DNA of 64,000 nucleotides from Azolla caroliniana (taxonomy: Eukaryota > Plantae > Polypodiophyta): assembly GCA_043228905.1 (NCBI GenBank), contig JBHGNT010000002.1, forward strand, positions 8,990,001-9,054,000, given 5' to 3'. Shown one piece after another: positions 12,432-24,461 of the stretch (position 1 is the stretch's first letter; each line of letters begins with the position of its first letter). The notes under the pieces were generated by a model. That model did not search any database and was not told the DNA's origin. It was given only the letters and a program-made list of their open reading frames with translations. Both the position numbers and the translations under genes were made by a program.

Positions 12432-15400
12432 TGTGTAACTCACGAGAGAAAGATATATTAACGTCTTCTAAGGTCAAAATTGGCCCATGAGACAAATGGT
12501 TTAAAACAAAAAATGGGATATTTACCAATTCATCGAAAATAAAAAATAAAAATAAAAATAGAGTTTTAAGCTAAATAGTTCTAGTAAAATAACAAACATG
12601 TTCTATATAAAAACATGTTCTACAATGAAAATGATGTTATATTAGGCCTAATTTCATTTCCATCCAAGTCTCTCGAAGAGAAGCAGGAGGTCAAAGGGTT
12701 TCGATGTGGATGTGGCCTGTGGTTCCAATGTAAAAGGTACCCTAACCATAGCTTCTAGTCGACGTAGCTCACGTTCCCTTATCTTCTTAATCTTTTCTAC
12801 TTCGTGTCGACTTGTTTTGAAGCCCAACATCCAAGGGCGTTTGGTTGTTCTTTGCATTTCTGCTTCCTCAAGTGAGAGGCCAAGCGGACTAAGTGTATTC
12901 ACATTCATCGTCTCCCCTTGTTCCTGAAAAGGGTTATGGTTAACACTTTGTAATTTATTCTCCCTATGTTGTTTTAGCTCTAAGATATACCTACCTAGTC
13001 TCTATACATCTAGGGTATCTAATAGTTTGGAGAGGGTGGGAGAGGGTCCTACTATGTCTTGGTATTCCGCCCGTATCTTGACATAAGTTGGGCACTTCAT
13101 GTGAAGTGATAATCATCCTCTATCTCTATGTGGCATAACCTACATAGCTTTCCTCTCTAGGGACTCTATTAGCCCGACCATTCTCAATCTCAAGTTGGTG
13201 AGATGATATCCTAAGTTGTCCAATGGCCACCCTTAGTGCATTTGATAAGAATGTATATAGATATCTTGGTCGTGTAGTAAAACTTAACGTAGAGAAGTGC
13301 AAAAAGTTTTCCTTATAGTACAACATTTTTTATGGGAGTGGCTCTTGTGGGGTGATCCATTATATCGAGTGTAAATTTGCCATATTTCTTGGCGTATGAA
13401 TTTATTACGGTCTTCGTGAGAGATTAGAGTTTGATCAGTCCCATGGTTGTACTTAAGGGGAGGTAGGTTATTATTGTCTATGCCATTTGCAAGTAATCAA
13501 CTCACCATAGTGCTATACCAAGAGCTAGTGTCTCCAGACACATGTAGGGATCAACATGCCTCAATGGCTTGACGGGATATCCTATCTTGTGGTTGGTTAT
13601 GTATCTGATGAATAAAAACTACCACTTGAAAAATTGTTTCTACTAACATCGGGGGCAAACTGAACTCTGCTCTAATAATGTCATGTGATACTATCGATTT
13701 GCTTCAAAGTTGACGTGATAACATCATCACCAAAGGTCTCTCTAATTGCGTCCACATGAAAGATGGTAGACCTGGAGCCTATACTACTGATGCATACATG
13801 AGGGAAGGGGTTCATAACGAGTCAAAGAGCCATCCCTTTGTCCGTGGCTCTTGAAAGTATGCTTGGTGGCATTGTCTCTCTAAGAGTGAGAGGGATGCAT
13901 ACCCTCTCGTTAGTCTATCTTTGGCTGCCTAGGTCATCTAGAATTTACCTGAGCGAGCACTAAAAGGGACTCCCAAGTATACATATGATCCAACTACCTC
14001 AACTAGTTTATGAGAGAGGATTAGGTGACATTTACTCCTAACTCGGGACGAAGTATGAAAGATAAGGACTTTAGTTTTCGCTAGATTCACTACCAGTCCT
14101 TGTTGTGTACAAAAGTCATCTAGGTCATTAAGATCCTTTTGTAGGTCGTGTTCCGACTCTGAGAGCAAGACAATGTCGTCTGCGTAAAGTAAGAGACTAA
14201 CTTGCGTATCCCCAATAGCTACTCCCTTGCCTCCCTTACGAGCAATAAAATCAGGGATCTCATCAATGTAGATCCCAAAAAGAGTTGGTGATAGGGGGCA
14301 ACCCTATTTTACACCAATGGTGCTAGTGAAACAATTAGATAGAACACCTGGGCATCTTACGCACCCAGAGACTTGCTCATATAGGGCATAAATGGCCTAG
14401 ATCATGTCATTTGGTATCTCCAAGATCTTAAGTCTATCAAACAACCTCTCCCTAGGAATTGTGTCAAAGGCTTTGCGGAAGTTCACAAAGCAACAATATA
14501 GTTTTTTCTTACGAGCCTTCATCTGGTCAATTAAGCACCTAAGTGTGAAGATATGATCAATAGTGGAGAAGGCTCGTCTAAAGCCAGGTTGCTCAGGTGC
14601 TCGAAGATTTAATGTTTCCATATAATCGCTGAGCTCCGCTTCCATTACTGAAACATATAGTTTAGCAAGCGTATGACCTATCATAATGGTCCTATATGTA
14701 TTTAGGTCCATTGGGTCCCCTCCTTTATGTATAGGGGCCACTGTGTTCGTGGTCCATTGTGGTGGAAAACCCTCGGCAAGGGCGCGGTTGAAGATTAGAG
14801 TGAGAAAGGGGGCTAGGCACTCTCGAGCATATATGATGTGCTCAGCTCGCAATCCTGTGTGGTCCATAGATTTCCTATGTTGTAATTTTTTTATGACCTT
14901 GGTGACCCTAGAGGTCGTGAAAAGTGTCCCCATGGTAGGTCGAGGTGTGGAAGGCATTGGAATGGCTGGTTGCTCGGGACATGGTAGAGTCTCTCGATAT
15001 ATGTGTGCCAAATATTGGAATCCTCGATGGGTGTTTGTGGTTGTGGTTCCCGTAGTCTCTTCCATGCAAGGGCACAATCCCTACTTACGAGCATATGGTA
15101 GAGTTCCCAATATTGAGATGTTTCCCAAGCTCGTCATTTACGACGTGTCATCTTGCGCATCTCTTTGCGATCCTGTACTGAGGAAATAATACCACTAAGT
15201 AGCGACACTTTAAGTTGTCTATACAACTCTGTACCATCCTCATCATACCACTTGTTCTGTGGCATAGACCCTATTCTACTATGATTGGAGTGTTTCGTGT
15301 ATGGGAAGCTACTAATGCTGGTGAGTGAAGGATGTGTGTGAGTTTTGTAGTGAGGTGCTCTAAAGGAATGGAAGAATCAAAAGAGAAGAGATGGGCTTGA

Positions 15401-15810
15401 ACATGTCGGGAGTAGATGTCAGCGAGCTCATGCATGAAATGTATTATGGTGTGATGGTTTGGTTGACTAGAGTTGGTGGTGTGGGAGGTGTCACATTTTA
15501 GCTCAAAGTATAGGAAGCTATGGTTTGCACCAATGGGGCATGGGGTCACCCGGAAGGAGTTAACCATGTGGGTAGCTTCCAAGCATCCTATTAGGTAATC
15601 AACTATGCTTTCCCCTCCTCCATGTGGGAAACATGTGAGCGCTTCGGAGCCTGGCCACTTGGTTAAGCCATTATATATGATCATCTGGTGTCGGTTTCCA
15701 AGTTCAAGCAGATGATGGCCAAAGCTTGTGGCGTCAACACCTTGATCCTTTGATGTACATGTTATGTCTAAGGCTAAAGGGTCGACATTCACCATTTCTA
15801 GGTTTCTATC
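12432..15810 (-). mobile_element. 5'-truncated, degraded RTEX-like LINE: RT and C-terminal part (endonuclease part at 28719-29192)
   Basis: EQPGFRRAFSTIDHIFTL, CFVNFRKAFD, GCPLSPTLFGIYID, LLYADDIVL, YVYLGV, LRISSHQLEIENGR. 6-bp TSD AGATGG (12426-12431, 29193-29198). 3' end ...TTACACA with no poly(A). Confidence 0.85.
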
Positions 15811-16513
15811 TGTTGAACCCAGTGCTCAGCCACAACCGAGGAATAGGATCAACTCCAGAAAATAGGAAATACAAAATATACGAAGACAACAGAGAGAAAG
15901 GTACACTGGATGTTTTACGTGGAAAACCCTAAATGGGAAAAACCACGGGAGTCCTCAAACTCCAACTATCACTATAAACAGAGATGTACACTGGTGAAGC
16001 TACAAGGCAACAACCTTGAGCTCACTGTCTTCGCCACAGGCGGCGGTAATACAGAGAGGCAACGACCTCTTCGTCTCTCTCTCTCTCTCTCTCTCTCTCA
16101 CTCGGCTGCTCTCACTTCGCTCCCTCTAATTGGAAAAACAGAAAAATGAGCAACAACAACTAAACTGTTTGCCCTAAGTCATATTTATACACATATGACT
16201 TTCGGGCTATTTACAAATATAGCCTCAAGGGCCCTTGGCAAACATATTCACAAATATGGCCCCGCATCCGGATCTCTCTCCGGGTACATTCGTCATCCGG
16301 CTCCGTAGCCGGGGTCTTCAGCATCCGGCTCCGTAGCCGGGGTCTTCATCATCCGGCTCCGTAGCCGAGGTACTCTTCATCCGGCTCCATAGCCGGGGTA
16401 CTCTTCATCCGGCTTCATGCCGGGTACTCTTCATCATCCGGTTCCGTAACCGCAACCGGGCTTGCCGTCATTCATCTCCGGACATCCCATCCGGAGGGAC
16501 CGAAATCCCAACA
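15811..16513 (-). repeat. 3' LTR of Copia B1, with ~28-bp tandem palindromic units
   Basis: Direct repeat of 28016-28718; units CATCCGGCTCCGTAGCCGGGGT at ~16290-16460. Confidence 0.95.
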
Positions 16514-16523
16514 AACTCCCCCT

Positions 16524-17035
16524 TCACTTCGGCATGGGATGTCTTTCCAGTCCGACCCTCTTCCGGCACGCTTCCAGCTTGTCGGGTGTGAGCACCTTGG
16601 TCAGCATATCCGACCCGTTCTCGTCCGTGTGGATCTTTGTCAGCACGAACTCCTTGTCTTCTATCCTTTCCCGGATCCAGTGGTATCTACGTTGGATGTG
16701 TTTCGTCCGGGAATGGTAGGCCGCGTTCTTCGCAAGGTGGATGGCACTCTGACTGTCGCAGTAGAGTCGGTACTCCTCCTTCCGGATACCGAGCTCTCTA
16801 ATGAAGTCCTTCATCCATATTATTTCCTTGCCGGCTTCAACAGCCGCCATGTACTCCGCCTCCGTGGTTGACAACGCAACCGTCTTCTGCAGCCTCAACT
16901 GCCACGAAACAGCTCCCCCTGCATACGTCATCACATACCCCGATGTGGACCGGCTGGTATCTGCATCAGCCGACATATCCGAATCGGTAAAGCCGTCGAG
17001 TTCGGGCTTACCGGAGCCGAATCGGAGGCACACGT
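16524..17035 (-). CDS. pol: Copia B1 RNase H (pol C-terminus, cut off by the insertion)
   Basis: GFTDSDMS, ALSTTEAEY, CDSQSAIHLAKN, SRTKHI; rejoins 24462 as GTANVCLRF. Confidence 0.92.
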
Positions 17036-17172
17036 TGTCGGGGTAGTTGTGGTTCGTGCGGCGAAGTCGCGGGGACTAAGGTTAAGGGGAGTTGAAGAAA
17101 CTTAACTTTTAATAAGGCTTGTATGGTGATGATAGAATGGTTAAGGGTAGTACGGCGAAGAGTTACAAGTAA

Positions 17173-17240
<68 letters not shown>

Positions 17241-17410
17241 GAGCATAGATAAAAGATAGAGACAATGTATGATTCAAGAAAGAAGATTTAGACAAAATAT
17301 GATTCTAGAAACAAGAGTATATGATATAAACATGATGTATATTAAAAATATAATATTTTACCAACTTCACAATCCTTGATCGCAAGATGAATCTTTTCAA
17401 TACCGACCCT

Positions 17411-17466
17411 TGATTTGAACCCTCGACCTCAACTTCGAAACGAGAGGTTCTCCACCCAATGAGCTA
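17411..17466 (-). promoter_or_regulatory. tRNA-like A/B-box cassette (copy at 23921-23976)
   Basis: TAGCTCATTGGGTGGAGA...GAGGTCGAGGGTTCAAATCA: A box, partial D stem, AGGTC variable loop, B box. Confidence 0.65.
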
Positions 17467-17723
17467 GTCTTCTTCAATTGATTGTATTATTTTTTCACTC
17501 TCTCTTGATTCCTTGATTCCCTTTTGTTTTCCTTTCCTCTCTTTTTAGAAGTATTTCCATGCATATGGTAATGTCATGCATGTAATGCATGAGTTACATC
17601 TGATGCATGATCGCCATTTGGCGCACATGCATTGCATGTGATGCATGATAGCCATCATGCTCATTTGAGCTCCCATGTATTGGGATAAGTATAATGATGG
17701 ATATAACCCTAAAACAAATAACC

Positions 17724-17886
17724 TAGCTTAGTGGTGTATGGTTTGTGCTTGATATACAAGGTTGAGGGACTATATAGCTTCATTCTTATATCATGAAGCA
17801 CATTTATTACACACTTTTACAAATAAATAGCCTAGCCTAGTGGTATGTACATTGTACATCGTATATAAGGATGTGGGTTCAAGTCT
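17724..17886 (+). promoter_or_regulatory. Two tandem tRNA-like cassettes in U3 (copies at 24234-24396)
   Basis: TAGCTTAGTGG (17724) with a decayed B box; TAGCCTAGTGG (17833-17843) + 32 nt + GGTTCAAGTCT (17876-17886). Confidence 0.7.
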
Positions 17887-17969
17887 CTCAAATATTATTA
17901 AATACAACATTTAAGCTCATTTTTATATCGTGAAGCACATTCTTCACGACACCCACCCCCTCTGAACTT

Positions 17970-20900
17970 GCACATTGGTTGTGCAGAGTTCATCCAACAC
18001 TTCTTCCGATTCTTTTAGTTCTTCTACTTCTTCATAAAATTCAGGCTCTAATGACTCCCTCCTTTTAAATATTTTAATCCTTTTTCCTGCAATTGGGATA
18101 CGAATTTCTGTCCCATCTAATTCATTGAGGAAATATGTGGCTTTATCTGTTATTTTCCTAACTTCGTAAGGTCCAAACTATCTTTTTGCAAACTTCCGAA
18201 TAGTACTGTATCGATTATCTAGGCTATTATCATATACTAATACCCAATCTCCCTCTTGCACCTTTCTTGGTCATATTCTTTTCATCTTGTCAAATCTGTC
18301 CTTATTCTTCATTCTTGCCTCTTTCAATCTAGTAGCTGCTTTTTCTATGTCTTCTATCCTTGATTGAAGTTGTCGTATTCGAACCGCAAGTAAATCTTCC
18401 CTACTCATTTCTGATTCCCAAGGCAACACAACCCATGTAGTTATCTTTTCTTCAATTGGCATTATTGGCTTCTGTCCTGTGATTAATTCTGCAGGCATAT
18501 ATCCAGTAACAGTGTTGTGAGTTGTCCTATCAGCCCATAGTGCATAGGGTAAGGTTTTTGGCCAATCACTAACCCGTCCTCTACATGCCTTTGCCAAAGC
18601 TTTGACTATTGGCCCATGTCCCCTTTCTACCTTTCCATTAGCTTCTGGATTGTACGATGTGTCAAAGAAAGCCGAATTCCTATTTTGTCGAAAAAATCTT
18701 GAGCTTCCGCAGAATTGAGTTCTCCCCTATCTGCCACTATCTTCCTGATACATCCATATCTACAAACAATGTCCTCCAAGATGAATTGACATACTCCTAA
18801 TGTCCCTTTTGTTCTCAATGAACGACCTTCCACTTGATTTGTTAGATCTTCTCTAGCAAGAACCAAGTATCTCTTTTGTCCTACTCCAAGTGGCATTGTT
18901 ACCAAATCTATCATCCACTTGTAATGCACCCCCGGTGAGTATGTTGGGTGTAATTCATCACAAAATTTTACATTTGAATAATATTGACAAGTGGGACAAG
19001 TTTCCACATACTTTTTTATTTGCTCATAGTATCGAGGCCACCAAAATCGTTCTTTAATCTTACTGAAAGTGGCCCACACTCCTCGATGACCAGCCCATTC
19101 TTTGTCATGCAGCTCTTTGATTATCTCCTTTCTCTGCCCTTCAGAACCTATTACTCTTTGCGGGTTTCCAGTCTTGGTTTTCGGACGTCGCCATAGATAT
19201 CCTTCATACAGGAAGAACTTATGGGCTTTCTTGCGAAACTGTGCGAACTCTTTTCCAGATCGACCTTTGTACTTGTCAGGGGTTTGTAGGTATTTCCCTA
19301 TTTCCTTGAATTCATCTTCATACTCCTCTTCTAGAAACTGCATTCCTCCTTCCCAAGTAATGCTTGTGGTAAGGACTGTTTGTTCTTTGTCCTCATCGTC
19401 CGAGTCTGGAATCTCGTCTTCCTCATACCTTGCTCTTGATAACATATCTGCTACTGCATTTCTATTCCCAGAGATATGTCGAACTTCAGGGTTGATTGAT
19501 CTAATATAGATACACCATCTTAACATGGCTTGATCTGGAATATCACAATTAGCTATGATACCCAGAATAGGCAAACAATCTGTTTCTATTATTACTTCAG
19601 CACCAATTAAGTAATCTCTGTCTGTCTTTACAGCTGTTACTATCCCCCATAGCTCTCTTTTCACCTGTGCATATTTTCTTTGTCGACCACTAAGAACCTT
19701 TGCCCCGAATCGGACTAGATACCTTTCTTCCCTATCTTGTTGGCTTATCACCCATCCAATTCCAATGGGACTAGAGTCTACTGTGAGATATATGGGCCGG
19801 GTGTAGTCTGGTTGCTTTAATGGTGGAGCTTGTGCCAAGTAGTACTTCAATTTCTTCATTGCCTCTGATTGCTCTTCACTCCATTCAAATGTCTCTCCTT
19901 TTCTTAGGAGTCTATATAAAGGTTCAGATAAATGGGCATAATGCGGAATCCATTTACAGTAAAAAACACATACCCCCAGAAACCTTCGTACTTCTGAGAT
20001 GGATGTACATTCCTCTTGCATATTTTGAATTGCATTGACCTTGGTTGGGGATGGCTTTCTCCCATACGGGCCACACATATGACCAACTATTAATATCTCT
20101 TTTGCCCCAAATATTGACTTCGCCCCTGATAAGGTCAAATGCACTTCTTCCATCCTTGATAGCACCTTCTCACAATCCTTGATATGATCAGCAACGAATT
20201 GACGGCAACCACTTTCGTCCAATTCCTCGTTCTTCTCTTCCTCCTTGCATCCCTTAATTGGAACATCATCTAGAAAAGGCATTGTAATATGAGGAATAAA
20301 ATCACGAAGTACCTTGTTCATTCCATTCATCATATGCGCCACTGAGTTGGTCGCTCCTTGCGGCAAGGTGCACATCCGTACTAACCCTATAGGTGTCTTG
20401 ATAGAAGTTATATCTCGACTTTTGATAGCAAGTTGAAATTGATCATACCCGGAATAAAGGTCTCCCATTGAATATATAGCTCTTCCTGCAAACATCTCAG
20501 CAAACTCATCCACAATTGGCCCTACTCCCGAGTTTCGGATTGTTACTTTATTCACGGGTTGCATATCTTGGATAAATCGGAGTCGCCCATCTTTCTTTAA
20601 CACAGTGAACCATCGACTCGAGTAAGGAGCGTTCGATGGTTCCAAGATACCCATCCTTATCTTTTCTTTCAAAAGTTCTAATAGTTGAGGGATTCTAGCC
20701 CTAGGCATGGGTATTGGCTTAAAGTTCCATGGAATATGAGGGATAGTGAATATAACCATGGGCTCCACAATTTCTGGATCCACACACCCTATTTCTTCCG
20801 GTTGGAATGCGAACGCCTTTCCATGCCTTTTTAACATCTCCCTGAACTGCTTTTCTTCAGCGGGTAATAGGAAGTCACCCCCTCCTATTTTCATCCCTTG

Positions 20901-21407
20901 TATTGTTTCCGGAGTAAACACATGTCCTACCTTTCGTGGGTCTCTGATCATTGGCTCTGTGGCTACTTCTTTGATTGCCTTTTCACTATCCCCTGGAAGT
21001 GGAGCAGCAACAGGACGAACCTTCTTCTCCACTGTCTTGTATTTTGTTAGTACATGTGCTTCATGATCCTTTCGAGCAACTTCTTCAATGACCTCATACA
21101 TCTTGATTGAATGGACAGGAACTTGGATTTCGTTGTCTTCTTCCATTGCTTCCAAATGAGTTATTGTATCTTCAAAACTTAATTCTTCAAACATATCCTG
21201 AATTTCTTCATCATCATCTATTAATCCAGAACACTTAAAATACTCGAAAGCATTTTGTATTTTATTATTATTTACTTTTAGTATAAAAGTAGCACCATTA
21301 GATGAGATTGTACAAGGAATATCTTTATTTACATTATTATTTATGGGGTTTTCTTTTATGCTCGGGCTATCACAGCCCCTACCTGTAAAAGCCCTATCTA
21401 AAAATCC
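17970..21407 (-). CDS. pol: Gypsy pol (RT-RNase H-integrase); frameshift near 18660 and stops in the integrase C-terminus
   Basis: LPQGATNS, PFLDDVPIKG, LTVDSSP, ADMLSR, HHCC zinc finger (LHDKEWAGH..CPTC), DRGEL, GPYEV. Frame is open back to the slippery site at 21401-21407. Confidence 0.92.
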
Positions 21408-23510
21408 TGGGAAAACTCTTCATCCATCTCTTGAATTGGATGTTCCCTCAAGCATTCTTTGTTTCTTTCATGGTTGGGCCTCACGGTTAAGAATTGGACA
21501 GTCTTTCTTCCATCTTGACTCTTGATTCTCGCGAAAGCCGAACCATCATCAATAACCTTTGTTTCCATCCTCACTGCGGTGATGTAGGGTTGGCCAAGGA
21601 TGACGGGGTAGGTTGATCGATCCTGCACAAAGAAATTTTGATTCACCGAGACATCACCAATTGTTACCTTCACACTAGGACATGCTCCGAATAGATCCTC
21701 CGTAGTTTCTGTGGCAGCTCTTATTTTCCACCCATGATTCTTGTCGATCGGCCATCGTCCTCGAGCGTAAAATTCCGATGACATCATGTTAATCTCTGAT
21801 CCATGATCGATCAAAGCAATACATGGAATTTGCTGCTCCCCAATTTTTGCAGGTGCCTCCGTTGTTGCTCGAGCCCAATGGTCCCTTGTATAGTGACTCC
21901 TATCCCCTTCATGGACGCCAACATCATTCTGGTTTTTTACACTTGCAGCATTGATGGTGCCACCATACAAATCTTGGAGTGTTGCTGCACACCCTCCCGT
22001 AATTTCCTCCGTCACCTGTCTCTTCCTTCTAATAATATCTATGATAACTTCATGAAATTCTTTCTTTGCTATACCCAACACTTCTCTTAAAGTAAATTCT
22101 ACCTTACTATTTAATATTCTTGTTTCTAGTACCTTTTTTATATCCGTCGTTGTTTATGTCTGAGGCAAGCTTGAAAGATGGGCCTGTCTTTCCTTTTACT
22201 TTATCAGCTTCCTTCGGCTCAATAGCACCCTTTTCCATCTCCCTTCTCTTTTGTTCTCGTGTCTCATGTCTCTTTGTCGGATCAGCTTCCTCAGCTCTCT
22301 TCCGCTTCTCTTCCACTAGCACATCTTATGCATTCACTTGGGCGAATGTTGATAGCGCGTCTACTGGATCATTCCATCCAGTGAAGTTTCGTATTTCATC
22401 TCCCGCTCTTTTTAATTCATCCACTCGAACCTTCCCTTTTCTTGCATAATCCATCACATCTTGCCAAAAGCCAAATCCACCATATGAGTCTTCTACGCGC
22501 AATCCTAAGGTTGCCACGGATTGTATCGCTTGAGTCGTTTCTCTCTCGGCATCTTCCATTAGCCTTTTCATTCCTCCTCGCCCGAAGTTGAGTTGAAGTG
22601 GTTGTCGAGTCTCAGTTGAGTGAATCTTGCCATCTTGATAGTAGATTTTATTATGATTAAGAGCATCCCTATGCTCTTGACAATCTTTCTTCTGGTGGTC
22701 GATACTATCACACCACATACACCTTCGAACCATTCCACCTCCCTGCCTTGATGAAGTCGAGCTTTGTCCCGATTCTAGCTTCGTCACTTTGATCGACAAG
22801 TCTTTCATGCCTTTCACTAATTCGTGTAAGAGTGATTCTTCTACTTTCTTTTCTCCCGACTCGTTCCCCGTTTCTTCATCATTTCTGTCGGGCAACTCCA
22901 TAAACCATAACTTTCTTTTGCAGAAATGGGCGCACGTCCTTTTCACCTCCTCCCAGTCTTCGGTAAGTCCACTTGGACTATTCTGATCTTCTAAAAGCAT
23001 TCCCAAGTCCTTCCTGTCTTTAATATTAGTAGCTTGTAGAAACAATATGACTTTATCTGGCACTATTATATTTCTATCTCTAACATTTAGTTGCTCAAAT
23101 CTTTCAGAAAACTCTTTTAATACTTCCAAAACACTTAAATGTTTATTAGACTCTACCCAATCCATGAAAGCTCGCCTTGTCATCCTTGACATATCGTTGA
23201 GGTTGTATTCATTGAGTAATGCCCTTTCGAATGTTGTCCATGTCTGATTCTCCCTTTGGAGCTCTTGGATCCTCTCTTGTAGCCCAATCGCAGCGACTCG
23301 GCTAAAGCTATTAATTTTTCTAGCTTCGTCGACACCGCGTTTAAGCATTTCTTCATTATAAATCTTCAGAAATCTTGTTAAATTTATACCTTCGAAGATT
23401 CCTACTCGTGCGAGAATATTGTCGAGGGCTTTGTCGATGCTTGCCATCATCCCTTGTTCCCGCATCACTCGTTTCATCATCGTACACATAAACCTCATTT
23501 GCTCCTCCAT
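21398..23510 (-). CDS. gag: Gypsy gag-protease (in-frame stop at 22326, frameshift near 22150)
   Basis: Gag with CMWCDSIDHQKKDC knuckle; aspartic protease ALIDHGSEIN ... ILGQP. Confidence 0.88.
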
Positions 23511-23549
23511 TTCTCCTCGTCGTCGTCTTCACGTCGGGTTCACCAAATA

Positions 23550-23685
23550 TGTCGGGGTAGTTGTGGTTCGTGCGGCGAAGTCGCGGGGACTAAGGTTAAG
23601 GGGAGTTGAAGAAACTTAACTTTTAATAAGGCTTGTATGGTGATGATAGAATGGTTAAGGGTAGTACGGCGAAGAGTTACAAGTA

Positions 23686-23749
<64 letters not shown>

Positions 23750-24461
23750 CGAGCATAGATAAAAGATAGAGACAATGTATGATTCAAGAAAGAAGATTTA
23801 GACAAAATATGATTCTAGAAACAAGAGTATATGATATAAACATGATGTATATTAAAAATATAATATTTTACCAACTTTACAATCCTTGATCGCAAGATGA
23901 ATCTTTTCAATACCGACCCTTGATTTGAACCCTCGACCTCAACTTCGAAACGAGAGGTTCTCCACCCAATGAGCTAGTCTTCTTCAATTGATTGTATTAT
24001 TTTTTCACTCTCTCTTGATTCCTTGATTCCCTTTTGTTTTCCTTTCCTCTCTTTTTATAAGTATTTCCATGCATATGGTAATGTCATGCATGTAATGCAT
24101 GAGTTACATCTGATGCATGATCGCCATTTGGCGCACATGCATTGCATGTGATGCATGATAGCCATCATGCTCATTTGAGCTCCCATGTATTGGGATAAGT
24201 ATAATGATGGATATAACCCTAAAACAAATAACCTAGCTTAGTGGTGTATGGTTTGTGCTTGATATACAAGGTTGAGGGACTATATAGCTTCATTCTTATA
24301 TCATGAAGCACATTTATTACACACTTTTACAAATAAATAGCCTAGCCTAGTGGTATGTACATTGTACATCGTATATAAGGATGTGGGTTCAAGTCTCTCA
24401 AATATTATTAAATACAACATTTAAGCTCATTTTTATATCGTGAAGCACATTCTTCACGACA
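23550..24461 (-). repeat. 5' LTR of the Trp-primed Gypsy
   Basis: Followed on the minus strand by a 4-nt spacer and the tRNA-Trp PBS. Confidence 0.96.

Larger units (their letters stand above)
17036..17951 (-). repeat. 3' LTR of the Trp-primed Gypsy, containing a (GT)n(GA)n microsatellite
   Basis: Direct repeat of 23550-24461. Confidence 0.96.
17036..24461 (-). mobile_element. Young Ty3/Gypsy, non-chromovirus type, tRNA-Trp PBS, 4-bp TSD
   Basis: ~915-bp near-identical LTRs 17036-17951 and 23550-24461; TSD ACGT; PBS TGGTGAACCCGACGTGA 23529-23545 (complement of the plant tRNA-Trp 3' end); PPT 17952-17962; gag-PR then RT-RH-IN. Confidence 0.96.

Noticed and set aside
16290-16460. Palindromic direct repeats as a CRISPR array
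   Set aside because: No unique spacers, they lie inside a Copia LTR, the context is eukaryotic and there are no cas genes.
17174-17238. (GT)n(GA)n and other GA/CT microsatellites (23687, 29203, 63460) and ORFs crossing them
   Set aside because: Ordinary LTR-internal simple repeats; the SLSLSL and ERERER peptides are artefacts.
17833-17890. Calling the LTR cassettes functional tRNA genes
   Set aside because: Acceptor and anticodon stems do not pair and no isotype can be assigned; only the promoter boxes and spacing are kept.
24398-24461. C-terminal VVKNVLHDIK... of the 910-aa ORF
   Set aside because: Read-through into the inserted Gypsy LTR, not part of Copia pol.
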